64,000 bases of DNA from Cenarchaeum sp. (GCA_963692915.1 OY843584.1:256001-320000), one strand, 5' to 3'; numbered from the stretch's first letter, positions 52,388-63,112 are shown. Numbers and translations: made by a program. The notes: generated from the sequence alone by a model not told the origin.

Positions 52388-53470
52388 CTATTCTGGTGGC
52401 CACTCGGCGAGAACCCCGCCGTCAAAACCAAAGAGCGTGACCTTCACGGCGAGCCCGCCACCACAGTGAGCCTCCATCTCGGTGTGCGCACGGTGCGCTA
52501 TCCCCTCAAAAAAGCCGACGATCTTGCGCTCTGTGACGATCTCTCCGGCATGTCGCGCAGTGTTGGCCGCGGCGATCTCATCGACGGCATCGGTCCCGGC
52601 GCCGCACTCGCGTGCTATTCCGGCGAGGAACCCCATGTCCACCTTTGAGCCCTTGACGTGCGTCTGCTTTACGCCTGCGGCAATCTTTGCGAGCTTGCCG
52701 ACAAACCCAACAACGTGCGCCTTGCGTATCCCGGACTTTGCGCACTGGCGTATGGCATACCCGCCAAAGTCGCCCATCTGCACATAACAGTGGTCATTGA
52801 GCGACACGATGCGCCGCGCATACTCCTCGCTACGCCCGCCCGTGCTAAGGACGACATCCTTCTCGCCCATTGCCACTGCCACGTCAATGTTCTGGCGTAT
52901 CGCAGCAGCAAAGGCCGCAGTAGAAAACGGGACGACAATCCCGCTAGTTCCCAGTATCGATATGCCGCCAACTATGCCGAGCCGTGGATTGTCCGTCCTT
53001 GCGCCAATCTCTGCCCCGCCTGCGACTGACACGGTAACCCTGATGCCGTGGTCGGCAAGCTGTGCTGCGCCCGCCTCTCGCACGCCTCGCTCGATCATGG
53101 TGCGTGGCACGGGATTTATGGCCGCCTTGCCGATCTCGAGGCCGAGTCCCGGCTTTGTGACGGTTCCAACGCCTTCGCCGCCTAGTATCTCGATGCTACC
53201 GGCATCTCCGACAAGCTCGCACTCTACGGCAATCTCGGCGCCATGTGTCACGTCGGGATCATCACCGCCGTCCTTTATGACCGTGCATCTTGCGCGCTCT
53301 GACGAAAACTCGCACGTCGCTATCGCTATACTGATCGAGCCGCCGCGCGGTAGCGGAACGTCGACTGTGTCGATACGCGACTGTGATGCAATGCTTGCCA
53401 TGCACGCGCGCGCCGCCGCAGCCGCCGACGTTCCGGTCGTAAACCCTGTGCGCATTCCCTTTTGGCCCAA
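52388..53470 (-). CDS. cbiD: cobalt-precorrin-5B C1-methyltransferase
   Basis: RTGFTTG, KDGGDDPDVTHG, AINPVPR, NPRLGIVGGISILGTSG. Confidence 0.95.
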   Translation of the reverse strand: MGQKGMRTGFTTGTSAAAAARACMASIASQSRIDTVDVPLPRGGSISIAIATCEFSSERARCTVIKDGGDDPDVTHGAEIAVECELVGDAGSIEILGGEGVGTVTKPGLGLEIGKAAINPVPRTMIERGVREAGAAQLADHGIRVTVSVAGGAEIGARTDNPRLGIVGGISILGTSGIVVPFSTAAFAAAIRQNIDVAVAMGEKDVVLSTGGRSEEYARRIVSLNDHCYVQMGDFGGYAIRQCAKSGIRKAHVVGFVGKLAKIAAGVKQTHVKGSKVDMGFLAGIARECGAGTDAVDEIAAANTARHAGEIVTERKIVGFFEGIAHRAHTEMEAHCGGGLAVKVTLFGFDGGVLAEWPPE

Positions 53471-53656
53471 CGTGCGCCATGGGAACCGTCTAGTGTAATA
53501 TCTCTTGGCGCGCAGTGGGTGCCCTCTGGCGTGTCTGGCACGCGATTGTGCGCTGACGGCTTGGACTGGGAATAGACGCACAGCAGAGCTGCCCTGCGTG
53601 TGTCCCATGGCGCGCATGGCAGAGCCTTTAAAATCGCCCCGCCTGAGTCTTGGCGC

Positions 53657-54487
53657 GTGCGCAGCGGCATTGCGGTGACTGGCGCGACGGGATATGTCGG
53701 GAAGAACCTGCGCCGTCTATTGGCGCGTCGAGGTGTTCCGGCAGTGTGCCTCTCTAGAAAAAAGTTTACAGCGCGCAGCACGGAGACGGTCGTGCAGTCA
53801 GATGACTGGACGTCTGCGCGCGCCACTGCTGCATTGCGCTCGTGCCGCGCAATGGTTCATCTTGCCGGAGTCGGCAGGCATTCGGATCCCGGGGGTTATG
53901 CGCAGAACGTCGCATTGGCCGAGGCGGCCGTCTTGGCTTGCCGACGGGCGCGCATCCCAAAGATCGTCTTTGTTAGCGGCCTTGGCGCCGACTCGGCAGC
54001 GACGGGATACTTTGCCTCAAAGCTTGCAGCCGAGCGGGTCGTATCGTCCTCGCGAATCGCGCATGCGATATTTCGCGCCTCGTACATTGTAGGCAGGGGA
54101 GACGCGCTGAGCTCAAAGATACGGCGCATGGCACGCTCTGGGGAAGTCGTCGTGCCGGGCAGTGGGCGCTATGAGATACAGCCGATCCACGTGGATGACG
54201 CGTGCGCCGTCCTGCTCGGCGAGGCACTTCGCGCTAGGGGCGCGCACACGCTTGACCTCGTCGGCCCGCAGCGCGTGGCGTATGGCCGCTTTGCGGCAAT
54301 GGTGGCCGGCGCGCGATCCGTGCGCATGATCACGATGGAGTCAGCCATGCGCGAGGCTGCTCGCAGCGCCGGCGCGCCGTACGACATTGACGAGCTTGCC
54401 ATACTCGCAGGCGGCTTTGTCGGCAACCACGATGCGCTCCGGCGATCCTCGAGACTAGAGTTCTGCGACCTGCACGACATGCTATAG
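53657..54487 (+). CDS. NAD(P)-dependent epimerase/dehydratase family protein
   Basis: [25 protein letters not shown]. Confidence 0.88.
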   Translation: MRSGIAVTGATGYVGKNLRRLLARRGVPAVCLSRKKFTARSTETVVQSDDWTSARATAALRSCRAMVHLAGVGRHSDPGGYAQNVALAEAAVLACRRARIPKIVFVSGLGADSAATGYFASKLAAERVVSSSRIAHAIFRASYIVGRGDALSSKIRRMARSGEVVVPGSGRYEIQPIHVDDACAVLLGEALRARGAHTLDLVGPQRVAYGRFAAMVAGARSVRMITMESAMREAARSAGAPYDIDELAILAGGFVGNHDALRRSSRLEFCDLHDML

Positions 54488-55645
54488 GCCAGCGGCGCGC
54501 CGAAGTGCGTCGACCATGTCCGTGCGCTCCCACGTAAAGCCATCACCGCTGCGCCCAAAGTGGCCATACGCCGCAGTCTGCGCGTATATTGGCCTCTTGA
54601 GGTCTAGCCTAGATATTATCGCAGACGGCCTCATGTCAAATGCGCTTCGCGCGCACTCTTCTATCCGTGTCTCGGGCAGCTTTTCGGTTCCAAACGCGTT
54701 GACCATGAGCGACACAGGCTCGGCGACTCCTATGGCATAGGCGACCTGAACCTCGCACCTTGATGCAAGGCCGGCGGCAACTATGTTCTTTGCTACATAC
54801 CTGCACATATAGCACGCCGAGCGGTCGACTTTTGAGGGATCCTTGCCCGAGAACGCGCCGCCACCGTGCCTGCCAAACCCGCCGTACGTGTCGACGATTA
54901 TCTTCCTGCCAGTCACTCCCGCGTCCCCGTGCGGCCCGCCTATCTCAAACTTGCCTGTTGGGTTGACGTGAATGTCAATCCCGTCGCGCCAGAGCTCCCC
55001 GCATGATGGCGTGATTACCTTTGAGATCACTGTGTCCCTTATATCCTCGTTTGAGACGTCTGGCGCGTGCTGCGTCGAGACCACGACTGCATCGATGCCA
55101 GTCGGCCTGTTGTCCTCGTACATTACTGACACCTGCGACTTGCCATCAGGGCGCATCCAGGGCACCTCGCCGGACTTGCGCAGCTCCGAGAGGCGGCGCG
55201 TCATTGCGTGCGCCATCATTATCGGCATTGGCATGAGCTCCGGCGTCTCGTCAGTCGCATACCCGAACATGAGTCCCTGGTCGCCGGCGCCCTGCTCGCC
55301 ATCGCCGGCAGTGACCCCGCGGCTAATGTCGGGACTTTGGGGATGGAGCCTCATGTCGACCTTGCACGAGTCGGCGTCAAACTCGAGTGCGGGATCGTTA
55401 TAGCCTATGTCGCGCACGGTCCTCCTCACGATCTCCTCCTGCTCGGCCTCGCCAATCCTTGCGCGCGTCGTGACCTCGCCGGCAACGGCGATAAACCCCG
55501 TCGTTATCAGCGTCTCGACGGCGACCCTCGAGTCGGGATCCCCGGCAATGAACGCGTCGACTAGCGCGTCTGATATCTGGTCACATATCTTGTCGGGATG
55601 GCCTTCTGTGACGGATTCGGAGCTAAACTGGGATCTGCGCGCCAT
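54482..55645 (-). CDS. metK: S-adenosylmethionine synthetase (bacterial/eukaryotic type)
   Basis: [42 protein letters not shown]. Confidence 0.97.
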   Translation of the reverse strand: MARRSQFSSESVTEGHPDKICDQISDALVDAFIAGDPDSRVAVETLITTGFIAVAGEVTTRARIGEAEQEEIVRRTVRDIGYNDPALEFDADSCKVDMRLHPQSPDISRGVTAGDGEQGAGDQGLMFGYATDETPELMPMPIMMAHAMTRRLSELRKSGEVPWMRPDGKSQVSVMYEDNRPTGIDAVVVSTQHAPDVSNEDIRDTVISKVITPSCGELWRDGIDIHVNPTGKFEIGGPHGDAGVTGRKIIVDTYGGFGRHGGGAFSGKDPSKVDRSACYMCRYVAKNIVAAGLASRCEVQVAYAIGVAEPVSLMVNAFGTEKLPETRIEECARSAFDMRPSAIISRLDLKRPIYAQTAAYGHFGRSGDGFTWERTDMVDALRRAAGL

Positions 55646-55661
55646 GCGGGCTATGCACCGC

Positions 55662-55925
55662 CTAGAGGTCCTTTTCGAGCTTTATGAACAGGACATTGTT
55701 CCCGCGCAGTATTGCGCGCGCATAGTTGGCCACAGGCTTTCCCTCGCGCAGCTCCTTGGCGTCAGTCATTATGAGGTTCATGTACGTGTCAACGCTGTCC
55801 ATCCTTCCCTTGTACTCTGTCTCGTTCTTTAGCCTCACGACGACCTGCTTTTTGGTGCATTTTTGGAGCGTCGGAAGCGGCCGCTTGCCCTGTGTTGATG
55901 ACACTATGACATCACTTGCGCGCAT
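55662..55925 (-). CDS. Sm-like (Lsm) RNA-binding protein
   Basis: [14 protein letters not shown] (Sm1), LRGNNV (Sm2). Confidence 0.93.
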   Translation of the reverse strand: MRASDVIVSSTQGKRPLPTLQKCTKKQVVVRLKNETEYKGRMDSVDTYMNLIMTDAKELREGKPVANYARAILRGNNVLFIKLEKDL

Positions 55926-56006
55926 GGACCGCGCGGTAGGTTAAAAGCCTTTATGCAAATTCTGGTGCAACCGCTTTAAGAGTTGGGCACGCCGGCCCAT
56001 GATGCC

Positions 56007-56672
56007 ATGGGAGAGCCCACCGGATTCACCCGCCTCGACTCGCTGCTCGGCGGCGGCCTGGGCGCAGGGGCGATCACTGACATCTATGGCGCCGCAGGCT
56101 GCGGCAAGACGCAGCTCGTAAAGCAGGCCGCCGCCGCATGCCTCTCGCGTGGAGGAAGGGTCGCCATGGTCGACACGACAGGCAAGTTCCGCCCCGAGAG
56201 GGTTCTTGCGATGCTGCGCGCCATGGGCTGCACAGAAGGCGCGCTTGGCCGCCTCGATGTCATTCGCGCGACTGGCGCCTCTGAGCAGGTCGCCTCGACT
56301 GCAGCGCTGACATCCTCGGGCGCAAGCCTTGCCATAATAGACAGCGCATCTGACCTGTTCTCCCTAGAGTATGGCCGCGAGGCCCAAATCCCAGAAAAGA
56401 ACTCGCTGTTCATGGTGTACATGCGCGGCCTGGCCGACCTCGCGCTGCGCCTCTCGATTCCAGTTGTGATCACCAACATGATCCGCGAGTTTGACGGGGT
56501 GGAGCGCGAGAACCTCCAGGCGTCGATCAGGCAGTTTACGCACGCGAGGATTCGCCTCTCGCGCGTCGGCGAGCGCTATTCGGGAAGCGTCATGCTACCC
56601 GGCCGGACTTTTGCGTTTGGATACCGCATCGGCGAGGCCGGCCTGTGCGATGATGATGCCCAAGATATTTAA
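56007..56672 (+). CDS. RadA paralog (RadB-like, ATPase core only)
   Basis: TGFTRLDSLLGGG, YGAAGCGKTQL, DTTGKFRPER, IIDS, VVITN. Confidence 0.85.
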   Translation: MGEPTGFTRLDSLLGGGLGAGAITDIYGAAGCGKTQLVKQAAAACLSRGGRVAMVDTTGKFRPERVLAMLRAMGCTEGALGRLDVIRATGASEQVASTAALTSSGASLAIIDSASDLFSLEYGREAQIPEKNSLFMVYMRGLADLALRLSIPVVITNMIREFDGVERENLQASIRQFTHARIRLSRVGERYSGSVMLPGRTFAFGYRIGEAGLCDDDAQDI

Positions 56673-56700
56673 CTCGCCGCGCGCGCCGCACGGTGAGAGC

Positions 56701-56820
56701 TTGGCAGGAATCTTTGACGCAATACCCGCACTAGCCCTAGTCCTCTTTGTGGCAGGACTAGTGGGCGCTCTGGCTTATGAGAGGTTCAGGCCAAAGGGGA
56801 CAGGGACGGGTTCAGACTGA
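56701..56820 (+). CDS. putative 39-aa single-pass membrane peptide
   Basis: TTG start gives MAGIFDAIPALALVLFVAGLVGALAYERFRPK...; about 30 nt after a tatttaa box. Confidence 0.45.
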   Translation: MAGIFDAIPALALVLFVAGLVGALAYERFRPKGTGTGSD

Positions 56821-59530
56821 GCCGCGCTTTGCTGCGACGTTTCGCTCCCTGGGCTTTGAGCGCCTGACGTCAATCCAGGCAAAGGCGATCCCGATAATTG
56901 CACAAAAGCGCGACACGCTCGTCATTGCGCCTACAGGGTCAGGCAAGACAGAATGCTCGGTCATACCGGTGTTCGCCGGAGTGTCGCGCACGAAAAAAAG
57001 GGGCCGCACAAAGGTCCTCTATGTGACGCCGCTGCGCGCGCTAAACAAGGACGTCTTTAGGAGGATAGGGCGCTATGCCGAGGCCGCTCAACTATCGATG
57101 GCCATACGCCATGGCGACACGCCCCAGTCAGCGCGCCGCAAGATGACCGCAGACCCGCCTGACGTGCTCATAACGACGCCCGAGACGCTCGTGGTTCTCC
57201 TCTCGCAGGAGCGCATCCTCGAGGCACTCTCGGAGCTCGAGTGGATCATCATAGACGAGGTTCACGAGCTATTGCCGAGTGAGCGCGGCGCACAGCTAGC
57301 AATGAGCATGGAGCGCTTGGCTATCAACTCGTCGCGCGAGCTTACGCGCGTGGGCCTCTCGGCCACTGTCGGCAACACCGGCGAGGCCGCAAAGCTAGTC
57401 TCGGGTACGCCGCGCAGGTGCCGAATTGTGCGCGACCGCTCGATTCGCCGCTATGATGTTGACGTGAGGCTCGTCGAGGGAGGCCTCCCGAACGTCGCCG
57501 ACGAGATAGTGCGCGTTGCCGGCCCGACTGCGCGCACCTCGCCGGTTCTCCTGTTCACCAACACGCGCGGCGAGGCCGAGCTCCTCGCCGCACTACTGCG
57601 CGAGAGGGCTGCCGGAATCGCGATCGACTTGCATCACGGATCGCTCTCGCGTGCTGTACGCGAGGAGAGCGAAGATGCGCTGCGAGAGGGACGTGGGGGC
57701 ATCGTAGTCTGCACGTCATCACTCGAGCTTGGCCTTGACATCGGATCAGTCGATCTCGTCGTCCACTATGGCTCGCCGCGGCAGGTCTCGCGCCTCGTCC
57801 AGAGGATCGGGCGCAGCAGGCATGCCGGCTCGCAATCTGCCAGGGGCATAATCATCGCGCCGGGGCCAGATGACTATATGGAGGCGCGCGCCATACTCGA
57901 CAGGGCGCGCGAGGGCTCGATCGAAGACCAGTCGGTTCACCATGGCGCCCTTGACGTGCTCGCGCACCACCTCGTTGGCCTGACACTGCAGCTCGGCACG
58001 GTCAGCGTCGGCCTCGCCCTTGATATGGCCCGCCGCGCGTACCCATTTCGAAATCTCACGCACGATGACCTGCTTCGCACTCTTGGGATGCTAGAGTCGG
58101 CCTCCCTCATCTCACTTGACCGAAAGTCGATGTCGTTTAGGCGTCTCGCGCGCACCTTGCGCTATCACTATGAGAACCTCTCGACCATTCCAGACGTGCT
58201 AAAGTTTCGCGTTATTGACACGGCGACAAACTCGTTTGTCGGCACGCTTGATCAGCGGTTTGTCGGCGACCATGGAGAGCGCGGCAACATATTTGTTCTT
58301 CGGGGGCTGCACTGGAGGATACTCAACGTCGACGAAAAGGACCTGCGCGTCAACGTCGAGCCAAACCGCTCCGGCGGCATGACTGCGCCCTACTGGGAGG
58401 GTGAGAATATTCCCGTTGATTCCGAGACTGCGCGCCGAGCCGGTGCGTTTCGTGCGCACACGTCAGGGATCGAGGGCAAGGTCGCATCGCGCGCCATGGC
58501 GCGCGCGCCGCCTGGTGCGGCCTCGGCCTCGACGATCGTCGCCGAGTCGTGTCGTGCCGACGGTGTAGTCGTGGTCCACGCGTGCCTGGGCACACGAATA
58601 AACGCGACGCTCGCCACGCTCCTCTCGTCAATGCTCTCCTCAGTCATTGGCCGGACAGTCGAGTCGCGCTCTGATGCGTACAGGATTGCGCTCTCCTCGC
58701 AGTCACGCATCACCGAGGAGATGTTGCGCGATGCGCTATGTGGCGACTATGGTGACATTGGACCGCTCGTGCAGGCCTCGCTTGCCGGCACGCATAACGT
58801 CAACTGGCGCACGTGGTGCGTCGCAAAGCGGTTTGGCATAGTCGAGCGCGGTGCAGTGTATGACCGGCGCGACGCGCGGATAATATACGAGCGCAACCTC
58901 TCGACTCCGCTGGCGCGCGAGGCCGTGCGCGAGCTATACCATGACAAGTACGACCTGGCCGGCACGGCCGACGTCCTGGCCAGTGTCCGCGATGGCGCAA
59001 CGGGTCTCGTGTGGGCCGATGTGCAGGCGTTCTCGGCGCTCGCCGAGCCGATACTCGGGCGCGCCGCATACCGCGCATCGCCCTCCAGCGTGGATCGCGG
59101 CATACTAGACATGGTTCGCGACCGCCTCCTGGGCACGACCAACCGTCTCGTCTGCGCGCGCTGTGGCATGTGGGACAGGCTCGTAGTGACATCAGAGATG
59201 AAGGCCGGCGTGTCATGCCCGCTATGTCATGCGCGCCAGGTCGCCGTCGCCCACAGGGCAGACGAGGACATTGCGCGGATCATCCAGAAAAAGAGGGCGG
59301 GCCGGCCCGTCGGCGATGACGGCGAGCGCCTGTATCGCAGGGCATGGAAGACAGCCTCGCTAGTCGAGACGTTTGGGCAGGCGGCCCTCATTGCGCTCTC
59401 TGGATACGGCGTGGGGGCTGACACGGCCGCGCGCATACTTCGTGACATGGTTGGCGAGGACGGCCTCTACAGGCAGGTCTATGAGGCCGAGAGGCAGTAT
59501 GTCATGACGCGTGGGTTCTGGGACGACTAG
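56777..59530 (+). CDS. lhr: Lhr-like ATP-dependent helicase
   Basis: APTGSGKT, PLRALN, TTPE, DEVH, LSAT, HHGSLS, LELGLD, QRIGRS, C-terminal CxxC pairs; start uncertain. Confidence 0.93.
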   Translation: MRGSGQRGQGRVQTEPRFAATFRSLGFERLTSIQAKAIPIIAQKRDTLVIAPTGSGKTECSVIPVFAGVSRTKKRGRTKVLYVTPLRALNKDVFRRIGRYAEAAQLSMAIRHGDTPQSARRKMTADPPDVLITTPETLVVLLSQERILEALSELEWIIIDEVHELLPSERGAQLAMSMERLAINSSRELTRVGLSATVGNTGEAAKLVSGTPRRCRIVRDRSIRRYDVDVRLVEGGLPNVADEIVRVAGPTARTSPVLLFTNTRGEAELLAALLRERAAGIAIDLHHGSLSRAVREESEDALREGRGGIVVCTSSLELGLDIGSVDLVVHYGSPRQVSRLVQRIGRSRHAGSQSARGIIIAPGPDDYMEARAILDRAREGSIEDQSVHHGALDVLAHHLVGLTLQLGTVSVGLALDMARRAYPFRNLTHDDLLRTLGMLESASLISLDRKSMSFRRLARTLRYHYENLSTIPDVLKFRVIDTATNSFVGTLDQRFVGDHGERGNIFVLRGLHWRILNVDEKDLRVNVEPNRSGGMTAPYWEGENIPVDSETARRAGAFRAHTSGIEGKVASRAMARAPPGAASASTIVAESCRADGVVVVHACLGTRINATLATLLSSMLSSVIGRTVESRSDAYRIALSSQSRITEEMLRDALCGDYGDIGPLVQASLAGTHNVNWRTWCVAKRFGIVERGAVYDRRDARIIYERNLSTPLAREAVRELYHDKYDLAGTADVLASVRDGATGLVWADVQAFSALAEPILGRAAYRASPSSVDRGILDMVRDRLLGTTNRLVCARCGMWDRLVVTSEMKAGVSCPLCHARQVAVAHRADEDIARIIQKKRAGRPVGDDGERLYRRAWKTASLVETFGQAALIALSGYGVGADTAARILRDMVGEDGLYRQVYEAERQYVMTRGFWDD

Positions 59531-60933
59531 GGCGTCGTGAGGGACATCGACGAGTACGGCGTGAGCACGAGGTCGATCCTGCCCTCCATGCCGGCTCGCG
59601 CGTTGAGGCCGGTGATCTCGTATATCTCGCCGGGCTTGCACCTCGAGACCGCATCGGCCTGGCCACGCCACCCCTTGACCCACGCCTGGCCAGTCTTGTC
59701 CTCGACGTATATCTCGGCTAGCGCGACGGCATCGCCGCTGCGAGTCTGGATCTCGCGGCGCTCGTTGACCTTTAGGACAATGGCCTTTATGACGTATGTG
59801 CCGCCGGCCTTTGTTTCCTTTATCTCGGTTCTGAGCTCCTCAAGCGTTGGAACCTTTGTGTCCTCATCGCCCATGCGGCGAACGAACGAGCTCGAGTCGA
59901 GCGTCACCGAGCTGCCAAACGCCGTAGTCGGCATGAGCTCGACAATGTCGCCAGCCGAGAACTCGCCTGTCTTGTTTGCCGCATCTGTTATGAACACAAT
60001 GTTCTTGCCGGCGTCTGCCCCGAGAACCATCGAGCCCGCTGCGCCCTCTGACCTCGAGAGTATGCGCACAATGACGGCCTGCACGTCATCTGTCCCGTCT
60101 GCCTCCACAATCGTCGCGTCATTGCCGTGAACCTCAAGCCCCTGGTTTCCCGTCCTTGCATCAACGCCGACTAGCCTGATTTTGGCGTTGACGGGTATCG
60201 ACTTTGGCACGTCGGCCTTGCCCTTTCCCCAGAGAACCGCGCGCAGGGCGCTGCCGGACTTGCCTTTGATGTTCACCTGCATGACCTTGCCCGGCCTGCC
60301 GTCGCTCTTTCGCGTAAACTCCCTGAACCCTATCTGACCGTCTAGCGTTCCCCTGACGACCATGTTGCGACCTTCCTCGGTCACCTCGCCTGCGTCGATC
60401 TCGAGGGACTCTATGCCCCTAATGTCGCTGTCCTGGTTCTCGTCGCGCTCTAGCGTGCCGCCTGAGCCGATGTTTAGGGCCGGCGTCCCGTCGCGATCCT
60501 CCTTTACGTACGCCTTTATGATCTTGACCATGTCACCGGACTTTATCTCCTCAATGCCCGGCAGGACGGCCTTGTCGTTCCAGAGCTTTACGCTCACCCT
60601 CTCATTGCCGTCATACACAGTCATCGTGCGTATCGAGCCCTGCGAGCCGTCCTTTCCGGTGAACTGCCTGACCGGCGAGATGTTCATGACGCGCGATCTG
60701 ACTGAGAGCTCCTTTGCGCCGGCCCTGATGCCGCCGAGGTCAGCCGTCGCCTCGGTGCCGGCGGCAAACGTGACGCCGAGGTCAGATGCGACTAGGTGGA
60801 TGGCGCCCCTCTCGGTTAGGAACCCAGCGCCGACCCTCTTCATCTTTTCTGCAATCATCTCGTCTAGCGCGGCCCGCGTGATCTCGGGGCGCGAGTCTAG
60901 AACCGAATTGACTGCATCCTCGTATTCGCCCAT
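59527..60933 (-). CDS. replication protein A-like multi-OB-fold ssDNA-binding protein
   Basis: GFLTERGAIHLVASDLGV N-terminal motif; OB folds (VKLWND, AVLWGK, EDKTG...KGW). Confidence 0.88.
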   Translation of the reverse strand: MGEYEDAVNSVLDSRPEITRAALDEMIAEKMKRVGAGFLTERGAIHLVASDLGVTFAAGTEATADLGGIRAGAKELSVRSRVMNISPVRQFTGKDGSQGSIRTMTVYDGNERVSVKLWNDKAVLPGIEEIKSGDMVKIIKAYVKEDRDGTPALNIGSGGTLERDENQDSDIRGIESLEIDAGEVTEEGRNMVVRGTLDGQIGFREFTRKSDGRPGKVMQVNIKGKSGSALRAVLWGKGKADVPKSIPVNAKIRLVGVDARTGNQGLEVHGNDATIVEADGTDDVQAVIVRILSRSEGAAGSMVLGADAGKNIVFITDAANKTGEFSAGDIVELMPTTAFGSSVTLDSSSFVRRMGDEDTKVPTLEELRTEIKETKAGGTYVIKAIVLKVNERREIQTRSGDAVALAEIYVEDKTGQAWVKGWRGQADAVSRCKPGEIYEITGLNARAGMEGRIDLVLTPYSSMSLTTP

Positions 60934-61151
60934 GCAGGGGGCACTCGATCCGCCTTGCCATATTAACCGATCCCGGCGTGCGTGGGCTCATGACAGGGAC
61001 TCTTGCAGGCTTCTGCAGGGCATCACAATGCGAGCCTGTTGCCGGGATCCACGGCGGCGATCTGCACACGGCTCGCCGGGGAGCCCATGGCCGCTCAACC
61101 CACCCCTGATTATCAAATTACGGTTATATTCCATGTCGATGGCGGCTTGCC

Positions 61152-61433
61152 ATGGTTGACGAGACTGTGATCGCAGGATTGGCCACTATGGCGATCACGG
61201 TGATCGGTGTGCTTTCGTACATTGTGTTCGAGGCACGCAAGAGCTCTCGCAATGCTGAGGAGCGGCGCCGGGCCGAGCGGGAGGCAGACCGCAAGGAGAG
61301 GCGAGATAGGGATTTAATCGTGGATGCCAAGTTCGCAAATGTCTGCGATCGACTTACTAGACTTGAGACAAAGTTTGATGTTCGCTTTGGTGTGACGACT
61401 AGCACTGAGGGTCACCCTGGAGCCGGGGCATAG
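61152..61433 (+). CDS. small single-TM coiled-coil protein, copy 1
   Basis: N-terminal TM, then RRAEREADRKERRDRDLIVDAKFAN...LTRLE. Confidence 0.7.
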   Translation: MVDETVIAGLATMAITVIGVLSYIVFEARKSSRNAEERRRAEREADRKERRDRDLIVDAKFANVCDRLTRLETKFDVRFGVTTSTEGHPGAGA

Positions 61434-61814
61434 GTGCAGCCTGTCGGTATGGCGTTTCACCACCTTGGAATGCAGGTTGCGGACATATTCAGTATCGTTA
61501 GGCTGGATGCGAGCGACGCGTTTGTGATCACGGCGCTGTTCGTGATGTTATTTGCAATGCTCGGCATATTGGTGTGTCTTGCGGTCGCTACACGTCGTTT
61601 ACGCATTTCCGAGGAGCGGGATGCAAAGCGTTGGGCCGAGCGGGATGCAGACCGCAAGGAGCTCTCTCGAACATTGACGTAAGACCACCAGGACCAACGG
61701 GAGAAGGATCGGATAGTGAACGCTCGATTCGCGAACACCATTGAGATACTAGATTGCCTTGAGGGACACTTGATGCTTTTATTGAACGTGACACAGTGCA
61801 CCGGAAATCACTAG
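61434..61814 (+). pseudogene. small TM coiled-coil protein, copy 2, with in-frame TAA at 61680..61682
   Basis: RWAERDADRKE...LT*DHQDQREKDRIVNARFANTIEILDCLE; similarity to copy 1 continues past the stop. Confidence 0.65.
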
Positions 61815-61878
61815 ATACCGCGGCATAACTGTGGATTTTGGTGGAGTCAAATATACGTTTGGCAAGATTGTGATGTGT

Positions 61879-62430
61879 TTATTTTATAATTTGCTTAATG
61901 ATGTGGTGTTTTAAAGTTTCTAGCGTTTGTTTGGATTTTGCTCCAGTTATGACTATTTTTCCTGACGAAAATATTAAAAAACACGCATTTGACTCATCAA
62001 GACTAACGCGATACACTATTCCAGGGAATTTTTTAACGTCATAATTGGCACCGTCAAGGATTTTCACTGCTTGCATTTGATCAATTTTTTGCCCGAGATC
62101 TAAAACAGCTGTTGTGTTGACAATTTTTGTTGAATGAGCTTCATATTTCTTGCCCATGGCCTTGGAAATCTCATCTACAGCTGATAATATCCCACAATCG
62201 AATTTTCTGATGTCGCTAATCCCGGTACTGACAATCCTTCCGGTTTGAAAAAGAATGACAGTGCATTTGGGAACCACTGGTCTGTATATTACACCCGGAA
62301 ATAATTCTGGTTCGTATAACGTACTTGGTAAACGCATTGCGACAAGCTCTGTGTTAATTGGCCGTATATTGGCTGATGTCACTACATTCACAATTTTAAA
62401 TTGATGCTGCGATATTCCACTATTTCTCAA
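61879..62430 (-). CDS. tbp: divergent TATA-box-binding protein paralog
   Basis: Two TBP repeats: IVNVVTS..YEPELFPGVIYR..ILFQTGRIVSTG and IVNTTA..YDVKKFPGIVYR..LIFSSGKIVITGAKS. Confidence 0.9.
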   Translation of the reverse strand: MRNSGISQHQFKIVNVVTSANIRPINTELVAMRLPSTLYEPELFPGVIYRPVVPKCTVILFQTGRIVSTGISDIRKFDCGILSAVDEISKAMGKKYEAHSTKIVNTTAVLDLGQKIDQMQAVKILDGANYDVKKFPGIVYRVSLDESNACFLIFSSGKIVITGAKSKQTLETLKHHIIKQIIK

Positions 62431-63112
62431 TTTGTTCCCTGACCATTTTGCATAATTCTGGTATGTCTAAAATTCTTCGTACAAACTCTTTTTTATTATA
62501 AGTTGCATCTTTCTTAAAACGATTTAAAATCTCATCATAGTTTAATCTCAATAGTTCACAAAATTCTTGTCCAGTCATAGCTTGTTTTATGTCAATCCGG
62601 CCTTTGAATCCTGTGACAATTTCATCATGGGTCTTGGCCATGAAAGAACACACATAATCCTCAACTGTAAACGACATTCGAGTTCCCAACATATTTTTTA
62701 TTTCTGACAGGGACTCTACTTCACCCTGTGCTTTTTTTGTGTCAAAGTTCATTCCTAGTTTCAATTCGATCACTTTACACTCACGTGTTGATGTTAAAAA
62801 TACTATGAAGTCTGGTTCGGCTTTTTTGGCCCGTAATTTGCGTGATTTTTTTACAATTTTCTTTGAAAGCAGCATTACTTTGCCTTCGTATTTTTCTATT
62901 CCATTATCTGAGTTGCAGTTTTCAATGAATTCGTCAAAATCTTTTATTAATATGCCTGCCTTTTCACATTCTTCTAAAACTGTTTTTTCTAATGAGGTGC
63001 CCATCTTTATCATTGCTGAATGTGTATCTGTAATAAGTTGTCCCAGGCATCTGTTGGCAAATATGTGGATATAATTTCCGGTGCGTTTGCCAACTTCCAA
63101 TTTTACCATCAT
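62420..63112 (-). CDS. putative Type II restriction endonuclease (PD-(D/E)xK)
   Basis: EPDFIVF...VIELKLGMNFDTKK; ATGA overlap with the restored methyltransferase stop. Confidence 0.75.
   Translation of the reverse strand: MMVKLEVGKRTGNYIHIFANRCLGQLITDTHSAMIKMGTSLEKTVLEECEKAGILIKDFDEFIENCNSDNGIEKYEGKVMLLSKKIVKKSRKLRAKKAEPDFIVFLTSTRECKVIELKLGMNFDTKKAQGEVESLSEIKNMLGTRMSFTVEDYVCSFMAKTHDEIVTGFKGRIDIKQAMTGQEFCELLRLNYDEILNRFKKDATYNKKEFVRRILDIPELCKMVREQIEK

Noticed and set aside
54482-55645. Bacterial-type MetK as recent horizontal transfer
   Set aside because: Composition matches the core genes, and to my knowledge this type is usual in thaumarchaea.
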